Origin: an uncultured Candidatus Saccharibacteria bacterium
GTDB taxonomy: Bacteria; Patescibacteriota; Minisyncoccia; Minisyncoccales; PEYH01
Assembly: GCA_964388775.1 (NCBI GenBank)
Contig: CAYMBW010000001.1
Coordinates: 71,317-135,316 of the forward strand
DNA: 64,000 bases
Direction: 5' to 3'
The notes beneath the pieces are model-generated. The model saw only the letters and a program-made list of their open reading frames with translations. It searched no databases and was not told the DNA's origin. The translations under genes were made by a program, and so were the position numbers. This document shows positions 8,188 to 16,657 of the stretch, piece after piece (positions within the stretch are counted from its first letter, which is position 1; each line of letters opens with the position of its first letter).

Positions 8188-9240
8188 ATGGACTTATTTA
8201 ATCAAATAATTTCTTTAGAGAATTTATTTTTGGCTTGGGATAAATTCAAGAAAGGAAAGGGGAATAAATTAGATGTCCAGGAATTTGAATTTAATCTTGA
8301 AAAGAATATATTCCAACTTCACAAGGATCTTAAAAATAGATGCTATATCCATTCGCCATATGAAAGTTTTTTTATTAAAGATCCGAAAAGAAGGAATATC
8401 CATAAGGCCACTGTCCGAGATCGTGTAGTCCATCATGCTATATTTGCGATAATTAACCCGATTTTTGAGCCGACCTTTATTTCCAATTCTTTCTCTTGTA
8501 GGGTTGGCAAGGGAAATCATAAAGGCGTAGATGCCCTCGCAAGAATGATAAGGAAAGCAAGTAATAATGGTTTTAAAAATTGTTTTATTCTTAAATGCGA
8601 TATTAAAAATTTTTTTGGAACAATTGACCATAGAATTTTATTAGACATTGTCCGCAAGCGGATAAAAGACGATGACTCAATGCGGCTCTTGGAAGAAATT
8701 ATTGAAAGTTTTTCTTCCCAATATTCAACTCTTTTTGAACGAAAAGGTTTGCCGATAGGCAATTTAACTTCTCAATTGTTTGCCAATATCTACCTTAATA
8801 AATTTGACCAATTTATTAAGCACAAATTAAGGATTAAGAATTATCTAAGATATACTGATGATTTTGTAATTTTATCAGGAGATAAAATCTATTTAGGAAA
8901 ACTTATCTCAACGATTAGTTTATTTCTCTCGGATAATCTTGCTCTTAAATTACATCCTAAAAAAGTTACAATTCGCAAATTTCATCAAGGGATAGATTTC
9001 CTTGGCTACATACTTCTGCCGCATTATCGTCTTCTGCGGGCGAAAACAAGACGGCGAATATTTAGAAAGATAGGGGAGCGAATTAGGGAATATAAAAATG
9101 GGACAATCAGTGAGCAGTCCCTCGTACAATCATTACAATCATATCTTGGCGTCCTATCACATGCTAATACATATGAGCTTGAACAAGAATTGAGAAATCA
9201 ATTTTGGTTTTGGCTCAATTCGGTTCCGTCAACCCGATAG
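8188..9240 (+). CDS. DGR reverse transcriptase
   Basis: RT motifs include the DGR-specific GLPIGNLTSQLFANIYL (I/LGxxxSQ) and YxDD box RYTDDFVIL; N-terminal LFLAWDKFKKGK. Confidence 0.9.
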   Translation: MDLFNQIISLENLFLAWDKFKKGKGNKLDVQEFEFNLEKNIFQLHKDLKNRCYIHSPYESFFIKDPKRRNIHKATVRDRVVHHAIFAIINPIFEPTFISNSFSCRVGKGNHKGVDALARMIRKASNNGFKNCFILKCDIKNFFGTIDHRILLDIVRKRIKDDDSMRLLEEIIESFSSQYSTLFERKGLPIGNLTSQLFANIYLNKFDQFIKHKLRIKNYLRYTDDFVILSGDKIYLGKLISTISLFLSDNLALKLHPKKVTIRKFHQGIDFLGYILLPHYRLLRAKTRRRIFRKIGERIREYKNGTISEQSLVQSLQSYLGVLSHANTYELEQELRNQFWFWLNSVPSTR

Positions 9241-9374
9241 TAAGCGATAGCACTCTTTCTATCCGTTCGTTCCATATGTTGCTACGCCACCTTGTTATGT
9301 GCGAGTCCTCTTTACATTGAGTGGAGCATAAAGTCAAATTTTGAAAATAATTGTTTGAAAATTATGGCGAGTGG

Positions 9375-9417
9375 GTAGTTGAAAACAAGCAGGAAATAGG
9401 GTAATATTAAAGTGGAT
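9375..9417 (+). promoter_or_regulatory. direct repeat copy 2 / sigma70-like promoter for the downstream toxin pair
   Basis: TTGAAA, 17 nt, TAATAT; homologous to 6081-6118. Confidence 0.45.
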
Positions 9418-9720
9418 ATGAAACAAATACCCCAATTTTTGCAGAAATATTTTTGGGATGTAGATTTTTTAACTCTAAATGTAAAACAGCATCCCCGATT
9501 TGTTATTGAGAGGATTTTAGAATACGGAGATAAAAAATCAATTAAATGGATGGAAGATAATTTTTCTTTAGGAGAAATTAAGAATACCCTTTTTATTTCT
9601 AAAAATCTTTCGCAAAAATCAGCCAATTTTTGGCAGCTTATTTTCGGCTTAGATAAAGATAAAATTCTATGCTTGAGGAAATCATTTCAAAAAAGACACA
9701 AAGCAATTTGGAGATATTAA
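9412..9720 (+). CDS. small protein upstream of nucleotidyltransferase, putative antitoxin partner (ATG at 9418)
   Basis: 102-aa ORF overlapping the next gene by about 50 nt in another frame (typical TA operon layout); no strong motif. Confidence 0.35.
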   Translation: MDMKQIPQFLQKYFWDVDFLTLNVKQHPRFVIERILEYGDKKSIKWMEDNFSLGEIKNTLFISKNLSQKSANFWQLIFGLDKDKILCLRKSFQKRHKAIWRY

Positions 9721-10283
9721 TAAAATCAGACATAATTGCCGATTTTTATCTTGCCGGCGGGACAGGGTTGGCTTTATATTTAAACCATCGCCTTTCCGTT
9801 GATTTAGATTTTTTTAGCAAAAAAGAATTTGATAATAAATCCCTGCTTCAAGAGATTAAAAAAATAGGCAAATTTTCAATCGGGAAAGAGTCGGAGAATA
9901 CTTTAGCGGGTGTTTTTAATGATACAAAAATCGCTTTTTTGACATACGATTATCCTCTTCTTTTTCCATTAAAAAAAATTAGAAATATTAACGTTGCCGA
10001 TATCAAAGACATTGCTTGTATGAAAATCTCCGCGATTTCTTCGCGGGGCAGTAAAAAAGATTTTATTGATTTATACTTTATTTGCCAGCAGGGCATTTCA
10101 TTAAAACAGGTATTAATGCTGTTTGGAAGAAAATACAGGGGCATTGATTATAATATGATGCATATTTTGAAAAGTTTGGTCTTTTTTAATGACGCCGATA
10201 GCGACCCTATGCCAAAAATGTTGGTTCCTGTTACTTGGGAACAGGTCAAGAAATTTTTTCAAGGAAAAGTAAAAACAAATTAA
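9669..10283 (+). CDS. nucleotidyltransferase of AbiEii/DUF1814-like toxin family (tentative)
   Basis: FYLAGGTGLALYLNHRLSVDLDFF matches the GGTAL...HRxSxDLDF nucleotidyltransferase signature. Confidence 0.5.
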   Translation: MLEEIISKKTQSNLEILIKSDIIADFYLAGGTGLALYLNHRLSVDLDFFSKKEFDNKSLLQEIKKIGKFSIGKESENTLAGVFNDTKIAFLTYDYPLLFPLKKIRNINVADIKDIACMKISAISSRGSKKDFIDLYFICQQGISLKQVLMLFGRKYRGIDYNMMHILKSLVFFNDADSDPMPKMLVPVTWEQVKKFFQGKVKTN

Positions 10284-10852
10284 TGATTTCTTTTATCAGA
10301 GGCAATATCAGAGCGAAAAATGAGGAATTTGTTATTGTCGAAAACAATGATATTGGTTTTAAGGTTTTTGTTTCTCCCAAGACCCTGGAAAAATTGAGTA
10401 TAGGAGAGACCGTAGAATTTTTTATCTTTTTTGCCATTCGCAACGAAAAACCGGAATTATATGGTTCCTTAAGCCAGGAAGAACTGAAAGTTTTTGAAAT
10501 AATAGAAAAAGTTTCCGGGGTCGGCCCCAAAGGAGCGATGCTTATTGCTTCATTGGGGACATTTGACGAGCTTAAAAAAGCGATAGAAATTCAAGATTTC
10601 GAATTTTTTTCCAAGATTAAAGGAATTGGGAAGAAAAAAATCCAAAAGATTATTTTAGAATTAGGCGGGACCATAAGAAGGATTGAAGAAATTGGAAACA
10701 AAGACCTTCAAAACGACGAAGCGTTTAAAGGATTGCTGGCATTAGGGTTTTCTTCCAAGGAAGCGGGAAAGGCGCTGGATAATGTTCCAAAGGATGTAAA
10801 AGACGCAAGCCAAAGGGTTCAGCAGGCCTTAAGGCGCTTCACAAAAAAATGA
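10283..10852 (+). CDS. ruvA: Holliday junction branch migration protein RuvA
   Basis: MISFIRGNI... OB fold, HhH motifs GVGPKGAMLIAS and IKGIGKKKIQKIILEL; ATG at 10283. Confidence 0.85.
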   Translation: MISFIRGNIRAKNEEFVIVENNDIGFKVFVSPKTLEKLSIGETVEFFIFFAIRNEKPELYGSLSQEELKVFEIIEKVSGVGPKGAMLIASLGTFDELKKAIEIQDFEFFSKIKGIGKKKIQKIILELGGTIRRIEEIGNKDLQNDEAFKGLLALGFSSKEAGKALDNVPKDVKDASQRVQQALRRFTKK

Positions 10853-12138
10853 CAAAGAGAATTTTAAAAAAGATTATTCCCCAATTTTTCCTAAACTGGT
10901 ATTACCAGTTTTTTCCTCTATTAGGCGCTGTCTTGTATCGTTTTCCATCAAGAAAGATAATGGTGGTCGGAGTGACCGGAACTAACGGAAAATCCACGAC
11001 CGTTCAGTTGGTTTCAGATGTTTTGAGACAGGCGGGGTTCAACGTTGCTTCTATTTCTTCAATTCGTTTTCAGACAGGAGACGAGATATTGCCGAACAAG
11101 CTTAAAATGACGATGCCCGGTCGATGTAAACTTCAGCGTTTTTTGAGAAAAGCGGTCAATAGCGGATGCCAGTATGCTGTGCTGGAAGTGACTTCTGAAG
11201 GAATCAAGCAGTTCCGCCATAAATTTATTAACTTTGACGCGACAATTTTTACTAATTTAGAGAAAGAACACATTGAGTCGCATGGTTCGTTTGAAAAATA
11301 TAAGCAAGCTAAAGGAAAACTATTTCAAATATCCGGAATCAAAACTTCTATAATCAATTTGGACGATGGTTATACTGATTACTTTTTGAGTTTTCCGATC
11401 AAGGAGAAATGGGGATACCAAATGAAGTCAAAAGTTAAAAGTCAAAAATTAAAAATGAAAAATCCAAATTTGAATATCGTGGAGGGGGAGGAAATAAAAC
11501 TTTTTGAGGACCATTCTGAATTTTTTGTAAACGGACAAGATTTTTCCATCTCATTAGTGGGAGAGTTTAATATTTATAATGCTTTAGCAGCAATTTCTTT
11601 TGGGCTGTCGCAGGGGATAGATTTAAATGTGATGGCAGAGGCGCTGAAAAAAACAGAAGGGCTTTCAGGCAGAATGGAGTTTGTAATAAAAGAGCCGTTC
11701 CGGGTGGTAGTGGATTATGCCCACACGCCCAAAGCGCTTGAAAATGTATACAAAACGCTTTCTATTGGGAAACCGCAGAATGGCAAAAGCAAACTGATAT
11801 GTGTTTTGGGCTCTTGCGGAGGAGGGAGGGATAAGTGGAAGAGGCCGGTATTTGGGGCCTTGGCAGGACAATATTGCGATAGGATTATTTTAACCAACGA
11901 AGACCCTTATGACGAAGACCCGATTCAAATTATTGAGCAGGTTGAAGCGGGCGTTCCGCAGGGCGCTGATTATGAGAAAATTTTTGACAGGCGCGAGGCG
12001 ATTAAAAGAGCGTTGTCTTCAGCTAATCCCGGAGACACGATAGTTGTTACCGGTAAGGGCGGCGAGCCCTGGATTTGTGTAGCTGGAGGGAAAAAAATTC
12101 CTTGGGACGACCGGCAGATAGTCAGGGAAGAATTGTAA
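10849..12138 (+). CDS. Mur ligase family protein (MurE-like UDP-MurNAc-peptide ligase)
   Basis: P-loop VVGVTGTNGKSTT, DYAHTPKAL, C-terminal Mur ligase domain; contains a 7-nt tandem repeat insert (11427-11475). Confidence 0.75.
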   Translation: MTKRILKKIIPQFFLNWYYQFFPLLGAVLYRFPSRKIMVVGVTGTNGKSTTVQLVSDVLRQAGFNVASISSIRFQTGDEILPNKLKMTMPGRCKLQRFLRKAVNSGCQYAVLEVTSEGIKQFRHKFINFDATIFTNLEKEHIESHGSFEKYKQAKGKLFQISGIKTSIINLDDGYTDYFLSFPIKEKWGYQMKSKVKSQKLKMKNPNLNIVEGEEIKLFEDHSEFFVNGQDFSISLVGEFNIYNALAAISFGLSQGIDLNVMAEALKKTEGLSGRMEFVIKEPFRVVVDYAHTPKALENVYKTLSIGKPQNGKSKLICVLGSCGGGRDKWKRPVFGALAGQYCDRIILTNEDPYDEDPIQIIEQVEAGVPQGADYEKIFDRREAIKRALSSANPGDTIVVTGKGGEPWICVAGGKKIPWDDRQIVREEL

Positions 12139-12238
12139 AAAAAGGATTAAAGCTTGCAAAAACAAAGAATTTTGCTAAAGTGTCATTAACCATTAATCAT
12201 TGGTGGTTGCAAAGGGAGAATAAAGAATTAAAAAATTT

Positions 12239-12472
12239 ATGAATAAAAGAATGCCCAAAAGCGTTAGCAAGCATATTCGTCAAGAAAAGGCTCGTATTCG
12301 CAGGGAGAATTCAGATCCCGGAATTAAAGAAGAGATGATTAAACATTTATATGCTCAGTTTAATCCCGTGGCGCAGAAAGAGACAACATCTAAAAAAACA
12401 GACCCAAAACCAAAAATTTTAAAAACGTTTAAAAAAGCAAAGATGCTTAAAAAAGTAAAAACGCCCAAATGA
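12239..12472 (+). CDS. small basic hypothetical protein
   Basis: 77-aa Lys/Arg-rich ORF, 4-nt overlap with the next gene. Confidence 0.3.
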   Translation: MNKRMPKSVSKHIRQEKARIRRENSDPGIKEEMIKHLYAQFNPVAQKETTSKKTDPKPKILKTFKKAKMLKKVKTPK

Positions 12473-13422
12473 TGAGAATAAAAGATATCTATAATTTAGC
12501 TCTTCAGATGGGGATAGCTGCTGACCTTAGGGGAAAAGAAGCGGTAGAAAGATTTTTAAGCAAAAAACAGCGCGATTATGAAAAGCTTTCTGAAAAAGAA
12601 AAGCAGAATTTTGATTTAGAAATGCTCCAAAATCCTTATTCTGATTCCCGTATTTTAAATATATCTGATGACAGAGAGATAAAAAGGATTTTAGTCGGGA
12701 TAGACATAGACCCGGCTGAACTTTTAATGGCAAAAGAAATCGGGAATATTGATTTGATGATTTCTCATCACCCATTGGGAAAGGCCTTAGCCACTCTCCA
12801 TGAAGTGATGGAGCTTCAATGTGAGGTTCTCTCTCAATATGGCGTTCCGATAAATATAGCAGAGGGGTTGATGAAAGAGAAGATATCAGAGGTGGCTCGG
12901 GGCCTGAATAAATCAAATTCCGAAAGAACGGTTGATGCGGCTAAGCTTTTGAAATCTAATTTAATTTGTCTCCATACGGTTTGCGATAATCTGGCAGCCG
13001 ATTTTCTAAAAAAAGCTATTGAGAGCCATGGGCCGGAAACAGTGGGAGAGCTACTGGAGATTATAGAAAAGATTCCTGAATACCAATTATCGGCTAAAAA
13101 TGGAATTGGGCCTAAGATTTTTGTGGGCAAGGAAGAAAACCGTTGCGGGAAAATTGCTTTTACTGAAATCACCGGAGGCACCGAGGGCTCGCCAAAACTT
13201 TATGAAAAGATGGCGCAGGCAGGGATTGGAACTGTTGTCGGAATGCATGTTTCGGAAGAGCATAGGAAAGAGGCCGAGTCAGCTCTTATCAATATGGTAA
13301 TAGCCGGGCATATGCCCTCCGATTCTTTAGGCGTAAATTTATTTTTAGATGAGCTGGAGAAAAGAGGCATTGAGATTATCCCTTGTTCCGGCCTGATTAG
13401 AGTTTCCCGTATTAATAACTAA
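12469..13422 (+). CDS. NIF3 family (GTP cyclohydrolase 1 type 2-like) dinuclear metal centre protein
   Basis: DLMISHHP motif and overall NIF3 architecture with an inserted domain. Confidence 0.65.
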   Translation: MMRIKDIYNLALQMGIAADLRGKEAVERFLSKKQRDYEKLSEKEKQNFDLEMLQNPYSDSRILNISDDREIKRILVGIDIDPAELLMAKEIGNIDLMISHHPLGKALATLHEVMELQCEVLSQYGVPINIAEGLMKEKISEVARGLNKSNSERTVDAAKLLKSNLICLHTVCDNLAADFLKKAIESHGPETVGELLEIIEKIPEYQLSAKNGIGPKIFVGKEENRCGKIAFTEITGGTEGSPKLYEKMAQAGIGTVVGMHVSEEHRKEAESALINMVIAGHMPSDSLGVNLFLDELEKRGIEIIPCSGLIRVSRINN

Positions 13423-13437
13423 CCCGCCCGGGGCGGG
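13423..13437. repeat. GC-rich palindrome CCCGCCCGGGGCGGG (recurs at 62459; related CGCCCATGGCGGGC at 23347)
   Basis: Perfect palindrome directly after the NIF3 stop codon, followed by an AT-rich AATNAATAAT tract and a second palindrome GGCCATGGGCC (13484-13494). Confidence 0.6.
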
Positions 13438-13656
13438 CGAGTGATTAATGATAAATAATCAATAATTAATAATTGGCCATGGGCCGATTTTTTGTTATAA
13501 TAAAGTCATATAATAAAATAAGATGAAAAAATATTTTTCCAAACAAGCCAAAAGAGGCAAGGCGGGCAATACTGCCTTTAGAACCCCTTCTCCTTTTATC
13601 AGCAGAAAATGTCAGACAAAGCGCAAGATAATTCAAGGGAAATAAAAAACGAAGAA

Positions 13657-15258
13657 TTATTTTAGCTTTTTTATCATATATGTGTCTTTGAGAAAATAGC
13701 CGAGATGTCTGTAATAATCTCTTACCCCGACCCCGGAAATGACGGCAATATTTTTCAAACCGAATTCTTTTTGAACAATTTTTTCCGCTTCTTTCATTAA
13801 TCTCTTCCCAAGCCCTTGATGCTGGGGAGCTTTTGTTCTTTGGGAGATGGGCACTAATTTTCCATAAGTGTGAAGTTCCCTTATAATGCCGGAGTCCTTC
13901 AGGGCCGGCAGGACAATTTGGCCGGGAATCCTTAGGCGCAATAAACTGTGGATACGAGTTCGGTCTTTATTCTCAAAACTTAAGAATATCTCCTTTCCCT
14001 TGGAGGCCTCATAATCAGTCCGGAAAAGATATATTTTTTCTTTTGGATTGTAGTTGTCTTTAACTTCCCTGCATCTGATGCATTTGCATCGCCATCCTTG
14101 CTGTTTTGCGATTATTGTTATCATTTGCCTTAAATTAGATGTTTTGGTTCCGCCCTGCACCACATATTGGGAGGGGATGTCTCGGACAATTCTCTGTATC
14201 CGGCAGTAATACGGAACTGTTTTTTTGATTGCAATTATAATTTCCAAGAGCTGTTTTTCTGTGTACGGCTTGTATCCCTGTTTTTTCCAGATGTTATATA
14301 AAGGAGCTTTTTTTAGCAGGGCGCAGGGATATATTTTTAAATAATCAGGCCTAAAATCCGGATTAGAGAAAAGCTCTTTGAACATCTCAACATCCTTGTT
14401 GGGGGCGGCCCCCAACAGGTTGGGCATCATTTGAAAACAAATTTTGAAACCGGCATCTTTCAAGAGCCGGGTTGCCCTTATCGTCGCATCAATATTGTGC
14501 CCCCTTTTGTTTAACTTTAAAACACTGTCATAAACGCTCTGAACACCGAGCTCAACCCTTGTTATGCCCAGTTCTCTTAATCGTCTTATTTCTTTTCCAT
14601 CAATAAAATCCGGTCTTGTTTCAATTGTTATTCCGATTATTCTATGTTTGGCCTTTTCGTTTTCTTTTTGGGCATCCTTTAATTTTTTATTTTTTAGTTT
14701 CCGTTTTATATTTTCCGTTTTACATTTTTCATTATATTCGTTCGCCCCCCTAAAACATTCTTTAATAAACCAATTCTGGTAATTTTTCGGGTAAAAAGAC
14801 CAGGTTCCGCCGATAATCCTTAAATCAATTTTGTCGGTAGGGTGACCGATTGCTTCCAGGGCCTTGATTCTTACCTGAACCTGTTGAAAAGGACGGTACT
14901 TCATCATTATGGCCCGGGCCACGGCCGGCTCTTCTTTCAAATAACTTTTTGGAACTTTATCTTGGCTTGGGCAGAAAATACATTTTCCCGGACAGGGGAA
15001 AGCTTTTGTGAGTACGGCAACAATAACTATTCCTGAAAGCGAGCGGATTTTTCTGATTCGCAAAACTTCCTCAATTTTCGGATTGGGCTTTAATCTTTTA
15101 TCTTTGATTAAGATGTGATAAGCTTCTAATAATTGGGAGTTGGGAATCATTTTTGCGCTTTTTTTCTTGGAATAGAAACGTTTTAGGGAATTCAAAATTT
15201 CAGAGTTCAAGACCTTTTCCTTAGTAAGAGCAATAATGATTTCTTTCGCCGGTTCCAT
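13657..15258 (-). CDS. elp3: Elp3-like radical-SAM/GNAT tRNA wobble-uridine modification enzyme
   Basis: Radical SAM cluster FPCPGKCIFCP, C-terminal GNAT motif QHQGLGKRLMKEAEKI; 533 aa. Confidence 0.85.
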   Translation of the reverse strand: MEPAKEIIIALTKEKVLNSEILNSLKRFYSKKKSAKMIPNSQLLEAYHILIKDKRLKPNPKIEEVLRIRKIRSLSGIVIVAVLTKAFPCPGKCIFCPSQDKVPKSYLKEEPAVARAIMMKYRPFQQVQVRIKALEAIGHPTDKIDLRIIGGTWSFYPKNYQNWFIKECFRGANEYNEKCKTENIKRKLKNKKLKDAQKENEKAKHRIIGITIETRPDFIDGKEIRRLRELGITRVELGVQSVYDSVLKLNKRGHNIDATIRATRLLKDAGFKICFQMMPNLLGAAPNKDVEMFKELFSNPDFRPDYLKIYPCALLKKAPLYNIWKKQGYKPYTEKQLLEIIIAIKKTVPYYCRIQRIVRDIPSQYVVQGGTKTSNLRQMITIIAKQQGWRCKCIRCREVKDNYNPKEKIYLFRTDYEASKGKEIFLSFENKDRTRIHSLLRLRIPGQIVLPALKDSGIIRELHTYGKLVPISQRTKAPQHQGLGKRLMKEAEKIVQKEFGLKNIAVISGVGVRDYYRHLGYFLKDTYMIKKLK

Positions 15259-15261
15259 GTT

Positions 15262-15969
15262 ATGAAAAGCGATTACGCGGAATTTTTATTAGAGAAGACG
15301 AGGCGGGATTATGACGCGATTGCGGATGATTTTGATAAAAAACGGGATTATCTCCCCCCTGATTTTGCGATTTTACAGGATTATGTTGACAAGGGGGATA
15401 AGATTTTGGATTTGGGCTGCGGAAACGGACGACTTAAAGAAGTAATCGGAGACCGGGCTGATTATCACGGAACAGATATCTCCGGTTCTCTCATCAGAAT
15501 CGCTAAAAAGAAATATCCGGATGCCAATTTTTTTGTCAGCAAGCCGTTATCCCTGCCCTTTGAGGATAATTTTTTTGACAAGGTTTTTTGTTTGGCTGTT
15601 TTTCATCATATCCCATCAGTAAGGATAAGAAAAGAGTTTTTAAAGGAAATCAGGCGGGTTTTAAAGCCCGAAGCCCGGATTATCTTAACTGTCTGGGATT
15701 TAAATGGCAGCAAGAAAGCAAAGCGACTTTTATTAAAGTACACCCTGCTCAAATTAACAGGCAGGTCCAAACTTGATTTTAAAGATATTTTTTATCCCTG
15801 GAAGAACAGCGCCGGAAAAGTTGTCATAAACAGGTATATTCATATTTTCTCGGAAAAGGAGCTGGAAGAGATTATTAAAAGCGCCGGATTTATAATAAAA
15901 GAAAAGGGCATTTTGGAAAGAAGTCAAAAAGGAAAGAATATTTTTATAATCGCCCAAAAACCAAAATAG
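15262..15969 (+). CDS. class I SAM-dependent methyltransferase
   Basis: ILDLGCGNGRL motif I; divergent from elp3 with a 3-bp gap. Confidence 0.75.
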   Translation: MKSDYAEFLLEKTRRDYDAIADDFDKKRDYLPPDFAILQDYVDKGDKILDLGCGNGRLKEVIGDRADYHGTDISGSLIRIAKKKYPDANFFVSKPLSLPFEDNFFDKVFCLAVFHHIPSVRIRKEFLKEIRRVLKPEARIILTVWDLNGSKKAKRLLLKYTLLKLTGRSKLDFKDIFYPWKNSAGKVVINRYIHIFSEKELEEIIKSAGFIIKEKGILERSQKGKNIFIIAQKPK

Positions 15970-16024
15970 TTATAACTTTGTAACTTTGGAAACCAGTTGG
16001 GAACCTGGTTCCCAAAATGAGTCA

Positions 16025-16096
16025 GTCCCTGTGGTTCAACGGATAAAACACCTCCCTCCGGAGGAGGAAATGGCTGTTCGAATCAGCCCAGGGACA
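16025..16096 (+). tRNA. tRNA-Arg (anticodon CCG)
   Basis: Hand-folded cloverleaf: acceptor GTCCCTG/CAGGGAC, anticodon stem CCTCC/GGAGG with loop CTCCGGA, T-arm GGCTG-TTCGAAT-CAGCC, discriminator A; CCA not encoded. Confidence 0.7.
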
Positions 16097-16278
16097 CAAA
16101 AGTCCATGGGAGGAAGCATGGAGGGAAGTCCGACTTCCCCCTTTCCCTCGGAATAATTAACCTACAAATCATACTTGATTTTGGTCAGAAATTAAATGAC
16201 TTAACCAATGCCCCTATGTGCCCTTATGGTTAGATTTTAGATGATTCAATGCGAGGCATCGCAAGAATAGAGATTTTT

Positions 16279-16287
16279 TGGTATAAT
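16279..16287 (+). promoter_or_regulatory. extended -10 promoter element (TGgTATAAT) upstream of 16371
   Basis: TG-n-TATAAT about 84 nt upstream of the ATG. Confidence 0.3.
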
Positions 16288-16370
16288 AAACAAAAGAAAG
16301 GTCGGGTTAAGGTTAATTATTAATCGTTTATCACTAATTAATAATTACTTATCATTAATTGTTATCAACT

Positions 16371-16634
16371 ATGCCTGAAGAGGAAATCGAAGGTAAACTA
16401 ATCGGTAAAGTCATTCATTTTTTTGACAAGATTCAAGTTGCGGTGATTGAGCTTTCTGGTCCCCTCAAGACAGGAGACGCGGTCAGGATTATCGGTGGCG
16501 ATACGGACTTTGAACAAACGATAGAATCAATGCAAGTTGACCATAAAGAGATAGTAAAAGCCAAGAAGGGAGATGAAGTTGGATTGAAAATTTCTGAAAA
16601 AGTAAGGGAGGGCTACCGAGTTTATAAAATTTAG
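16371..16634 (+). CDS. small beta-barrel protein resembling EF-Tu domain 2 / translation-factor-like
   Basis: 87 aa; GKVIHFFDKIQVAVIEL...GDAVRIIG...KEIVKAKKGDEVGLKI pattern; the tool ORF begins at an upstream TTG. Confidence 0.45.
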   Translation: MPEEEIEGKLIGKVIHFFDKIQVAVIELSGPLKTGDAVRIIGGDTDFEQTIESMQVDHKEIVKAKKGDEVGLKISEKVREGYRVYKI

Positions 16635-16657
16635 CGACTTAACCAGTTTTTCCCAAA

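Larger units (their letters stand above)
6081..9417 (+). mobile_element. diversity-generating retroelement (DGR) cassette: target gene with VR, TR, avd, reverse transcriptase
   Basis: 123-nt VR/TR pair with adenine-specific mismatches, Avd-like 4-helix-bundle gene and DGR-type RT; bounded by a 30-nt imperfect direct repeat. Confidence 0.85.
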
